This document shows, piece after piece, positions 59,733 to 64,000 of a DNA stretch of 64,000 nucleotides (within the stretch, counting starts at the first letter, position 1; each line of letters begins with the position of its first letter). Origin of the DNA: Macrostomum lignano (Eukaryota); the NCBI GenBank assembly GCA_002269645.1, contig NIVC01003085.1:56492-120491 (forward strand), given 5' to 3'. The notes under the pieces are model-generated. The model did no database searches. It had not been told where the DNA came from and saw only the letters and a list, made by a program, of their open reading frames with translations. Made by a program: the position numbers and the translations under genes.

Positions 59733-61999
59733 TCAATCCTGACAGTCCTGCAGCACGCACAGCCTCGCCCTGCAGTAGGGGCAGCAGCCGTGCAGTCGGT
59801 TGAAGCCCTGCCGAGTGTCCGGCAGGCCGCGCAGCCACTCCACTGCGCAGCTGCGGTGGTAGCGACGCCGGCAGCGCTCGCAAGTGACGCAGTCGGGACC
59901 ATCGGCGGAGCAGTCAGCGTAGCAGATGCCGCAGTCGACATCCTCGGTAGCGGCCTCGACGCCAGCATCGCCCGCCACCGGCTGCTCGGTCTCGACGGCT
60001 GAAGGCTCGGCAAGCAAGGCGGAGCCGCCCAGCAGAGCTCTCAGGTTGGACACAAAGTCCGCGACGTCCGCGCCTGCTTTCCAGGCGGCGGAGTTGGCGG
60101 TCACGGCCACTTCGATGGCCTCGGCAGCCGGACCTGCGGCACTGACGGATGGCAGGGCAGCCGGGCTGGCGTCGGGGTCCAGCCTGATCAGCAGGCTGCT
60201 GGCGCGGCTGCGGGGAGTTGGAGCTGCCTCCGCATCAATATGATGTAGTTTTTGTTTTAGTGCGCGATGGCGGCTATTTAGGGTATTCAGTATCTGAGCA
60301 CACCTGGGGCCGACCTCATGAAGATGGCAGTTGCAATCTTCAACAAAAGGATTTGCCATAGACAAAACAGCCTCTGCTAAATCCGATTGCATGTTGGAGA
60401 TTGGAAGCGGACCTGGACTTCTTGAGCTTTAGGTACATAAAATACTTCCGATTTTTTCGCCAGAGTCTTAGAGCAAAAAACTGCAAAAATTACCTTCAGA
60501 GTTAACAGGAGCTTAATTTGTTAATCTCCTATGTAATTAGTGATAATTTGATATAAGCAGGTTCGGAGAATTTTGTGTTTGAAATTTGAAGTTTTTTTGG
60601 AATCATATCTTTCAACTGTAAAAAATTTCCAAAATTTGATGAAATTATTCTAATAAAAACATTTAGAGGGTTCAAATTTTAACTCCGATAAAAATAGTGT
60701 CTATTCTAATTTAAATATGCTGACTCAGGGTTCGCCACCCGCCCCTTACCTCCCGCTTTTTGATTTGCTGTCGTTCTCTCATTGTTGTGCCGACTAGCCG
60801 TACATTCTTTACTTGTTTACCTATACTAACTTTTACTAATCTGCCTTGTCTCCATTCAAAAGTTAACTACAGCTGCTGATGTCAATTAGTTTTGATAGGA
60901 TTGTCATTTTTTCTTCATGGAGGTGTTTGATGGCTTGCCGAATTTTTTATTTAAGCCCATCCCTCAGTCTCCGAATTTATCTACCTAATCTACAATAGAC
61001 TCCCATGCTTCTGTTGAAGTTTATGTACATAAAATCAATCCCCATGAAGATTCTCCCCACCCTAAAACCCCCCATTCCCTATGCCCCGGTGGTTGGTTTG
61101 AAGCTACGAAAAAACGAAGCTCAAATTTGAAATCAGCACCATCAAAAACCTCTAAAGGAACAAAATTATGATCCTATCAAAACTGCAACAATTTTATACC
61201 TACCTAAAGCTCAAGAAGTCCGCGGAGCTGTGTAGTGCAAAAATGCAAATATTTGATTAAAAACTCAGCTAGAGTCGCCAGTTGCTCAGCAAAAGCCACT
61301 CACTCGGCCAGCAGCACCCGTCGGTGAAGCGAGCGTCTACGCTGGGCCGGCCGCGGCTCAAGCACGACCAGCCGGCTGTCCAGCTGCTCCAGCAGCTCCC
61401 AGTGCGGCAGCAGCGACCGCGACGCCCCGGCGAACCGGTCGAACAGGCGCCGCAGGCTGCCGTCACCGCCACCGCCGCCGGGATCGGAACTGGCAGCTCC
61501 GAGTCGACGAGGCAGAAATTGGGACAGTCGCCAACATCGGCGGCAACGCGAAGCCGGACGCCCTCCGGGCTGATCAGAGTGGCCGAGGCAAAGTCGGGCG
61601 ACACGGACTCGATGCAGCCGAGCCCGACGGTCAGGAGTTCGCGCCCGGCGCGGGCCAACCAGCGCCGATGGCGCAGACGATCGGTCGAAACAGACACCGT
61701 CACGTCCTCGGCCGGCGCGGCAGCCTCTTCACCCGGAGTCATCGGGCGTTGAAGCAGGTCGCGCGCCGTCGCCAGCATTTCGTCGGGGTTTTCTGGTGGC
61801 GCGGCCGCCTCGGCCAGCACTGACCGGCCGGACTCGGCGAAGGCCAGCAGGCCACAGCGGCGCGGCTCCACGGCTAGCAGAAGACGGCCGATATCGGCGC
61901 CGCCGGGATTCGAACTCGGATCGTGATTCGGCTGCTGCTGCTCCGCCGCGCAGGCAGCGGCAGAAGCAGCCAATGAGCAGCTGTGGCGCTGATTGAGGA
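59733..61999 (-). CDS. FANCL: Fanconi anaemia group L E3 ubiquitin ligase (two exons; two apparent 1-bp frameshifts in exon 1)
   Basis: Exon 2 (60207-59733): SLLIRLDP...LP, NSAAW...NLRALL, RING DCGICY...C..C...YHRSCAVEWLRGLPDTRQGFNRLHGCCPYC. Exon 1 (~61999-61304): WLLLPL, GCIESVSPDFASATL, ELPVP, SLRRLFDRF...HWELLEQLDSRLVVLEP...RRVLL. The intron is phase 2 (GTGAGT...CCGCAG). Confidence 0.85.
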
Positions 62000-62354
62000 C
62001 TGAAGAGCAGTGAATGGTTTGCACTGTGCATTTGTACAGCTCGTATACTCGGACAGGTAGCGAATCCAGGTGCCCACCCCGTGGCATTCCAGTATATACA
62101 CAGTGCCGCTTATTTTCAGGGACACTGGCGCTGGCAGGGGTGCCTCCATGGATTTTTATGGCGTGGGGGGCGAAACTTATTTTGTCGCCCGAAGGAAAAC
62201 TCTTGGTTTCACTTGATTTCACTATTGATTTCTGCTAGCCTGTGTTCTGAGGCTATAGCAGAACACTAGCCTCTTTTGCTAGTGGTCCTGGGATAAAAAG
62301 CATTGGCATATCCCCCTGTCTCCCCTGGTGACGACGTCCCTGAGCGCTAATCTA

Positions 62355-62825
62355 CAGACATCGGCGCTTGTCTAGAGATACCTACGCTAAGCTAGAGACA
62401 TTGGCGCCTGTCTAGAGAAACTGGCGCTAGTCTAGAGACACTGGTGCTAGGCTAGAGACACTGGTGCTAGGCTAGAGACACTGGTGCTAGGCTAGAGACA
62501 CTGGTGCTAGGCTAGAGACACTGGTGCTAGGCTAGAGACACTGGTGCTAGGCTAGAGACACTGGTGCTAGGCTAGAGACACTGGTGCTAGGCTAGAGACA
62601 CTGGTGCTAGGCTAGAGACACTGGTGCTAGGCTAGAGACACTGGTGCTAGGCTAGAGACACTGGTGCTAGGCTAAAAACATTGGGGCTACTCTAGAGACA
62701 TTGGCACTTGTCTAGACATACTGGCACGTATCTAGAGATATTGGCGTTAGTCGAGAGACACTGCGCTAGTCTAAAAACATTGGGGCTAATCTAGAGACAT
62801 TGGCGCTTGTCTAGAGATACTGGCG
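62355..62825. repeat. 20-bp minisatellite (CTAGAGACACTGGTGCTAGG)
   Basis: Seen directly. Confidence 0.92.
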
Positions 62826-63447
62826 TTAGTCGAGAGATATTGGCGTAAATAGCATGTAAAAACTCTATAAACACTAGAAGCCCCTTAAAGACGCTGGAAT
62901 AACGGGATTATGTCTCCCTGACCAATAAAACCTTGTGTGTACAAAGTAGACAAAGATAACCCCGATCCTCAAGACAAAAAAGCTCACAACACACTACAAT
63001 AGATAATTAGACTTTGGTAGTCACAGAAATGCACCCTTACATGCTTGTGGATCCCCTTGTGATCAAATTGCGGAATGAAGCTCTTAAAGTGTCGAAAAAT
63101 CTGCTTAGAAAATATGCGACTACTAAATTCGACTAGCAGTCGGCAAGCGAACGCTGACAGTCGAGCTGCATTATCTTGACAGCTGACTTGAAAAAAAAAC
63201 ATGACAAAGGGCGTCAGTAGAAAAGCTGGCAGTGTCTCACCGTCACTTAGCAGCAAGCGGTCTGACCCGACAGGCCGTGGGCGGACCAACAATTTGCGGT
63301 GGAGTGGGGGGGGTCAATCAAAAACTGCGTCACCTGCGACTTATTCAGACATTTAGGAGTATTTCAATATGCATTCGGGGGCAAAGGCTGACTGAGCGAC
63401 GGACCCAAGCCTGTGCCATCAGCACCAAAGCACCCAGCTCAGCAGCC

Positions 63448-63735
63448 ATGTACAAGCTCCTCTGCCTGTTCGCTCTCGTGGCCTTTGCCGCCGCCGCCTA
63501 CACTCCGGAGCAGAAGAACGAGGTCGTGAACGACATCATTCACGAGGTCGTTCCCGTGCTCCGATTGGACACCATCTGCTTGCAGCAGAACGGCATCACA
63601 TCCGTGACCTGCATCGTGACCAGCCTGCTGGTCTGCTTCGTCTCCAATGGCAACAACATCAACGAACTGGCTGCCTGCCTGGCCAGCAAGTGCGGCAGCA
63701 GCGCCAGCCAGATCATCAGCTGCATCAAGCTGTAG
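63448..63735 (+). CDS. Small secreted six-Cys protein, divergent copy E
   Basis: 95 aa. The first ~38 residues are nearly identical to copies A-D; the rest is diverged (RLDTICLQQNGITSVTCIVTSLLVCFVSNGNNINELAACLASKCGSSASQIISCIKL), with all 6 Cys at the same spacing. Confidence 0.88.
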   Translation: MYKLLCLFALVAFAAAAYTPEQKNEVVNDIIHEVVPVLRLDTICLQQNGITSVTCIVTSLLVCFVSNGNNINELAACLASKCGSSASQIISCIKL

Positions 63736-64000
63736 AGGCCCAGCTTCAACGATGCAGTCTGATTGAAAGCAAATTAAAAATACACGGCCCACCTGCGTGA
63801 CTGGTACAGCTCACTGCAGCTTGCCGCAGCGCGAAATGCATTTACTTGCTTTTGTAGACAAAGCCTTGCCTTTCTGATAGCTCTATTGATATTCATAAAG
63901 CTTTTCGTTTTAGAAAATTAGGATTCTTTGTTAATTTTATATCCTACATGTAATTGTACATGTCCTGTGCCTAAAAATCATTATAAATGGCACGACCCGG

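Noticed and set aside
60208-60392. N-terminal part of the 219-aa ORF as FANCL coding sequence
   Set aside because: FANCL similarity and the phase-2 acceptor place the exon start at 60207; the upstream part is intron read-through.
1-64000. tRNA, rRNA or SL-RNA genes
   Set aside because: No cloverleaf, rRNA-like or SL-RNA-like sequence was recognised by eye. An Infernal/tRNAscan run would be needed to exclude them.

Overview
Eukaryotic, repeat-dense genomic window with GC-rich exons in AT-rich, minisatellite-filled introns. The style resembles a free-living flatworm such as Macrostomum; this is an inference, not verified. Host genes readable by hand are: an RGS12/loco-like gene (PDZ-PTB-RGS-RBD-RBD, +, 479-7895); three GPI-anchored Ly6/uPAR three-finger paralogs (8790-21207); a flavin monoamine-oxidase-like gene (+, 34697-45807) whose 4th intron holds a 34-bp satellite and a young full-length Ty3/Gypsy LTR element; a standalone MATH-domain ORF; and FANCL (-, 59733-61999). 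Around FANCL sits a cluster of five intact copies and one chimeric copy of an unrecognised 95-aa secreted six-cysteine protein. Mobile DNA includes a decayed Chapaev-type transposase, a CCCAG-ended 3.2-kb TIR element that splits a LINE RT, mariner and RTE/LINE relics, a gypsy relic and several foldback elements. The two strongest leads are (1) the amplified, non-synonymously diversifying six-Cys secreted family and (2) three unrelated genes (RGS12, MAO, FANCL) that lack an in-frame ATG but begin at a phase-0 splice acceptor, as expected if a flatworm spliced leader donates the start AUG. All coordinates and splice sites were read by eye; no searches were run.
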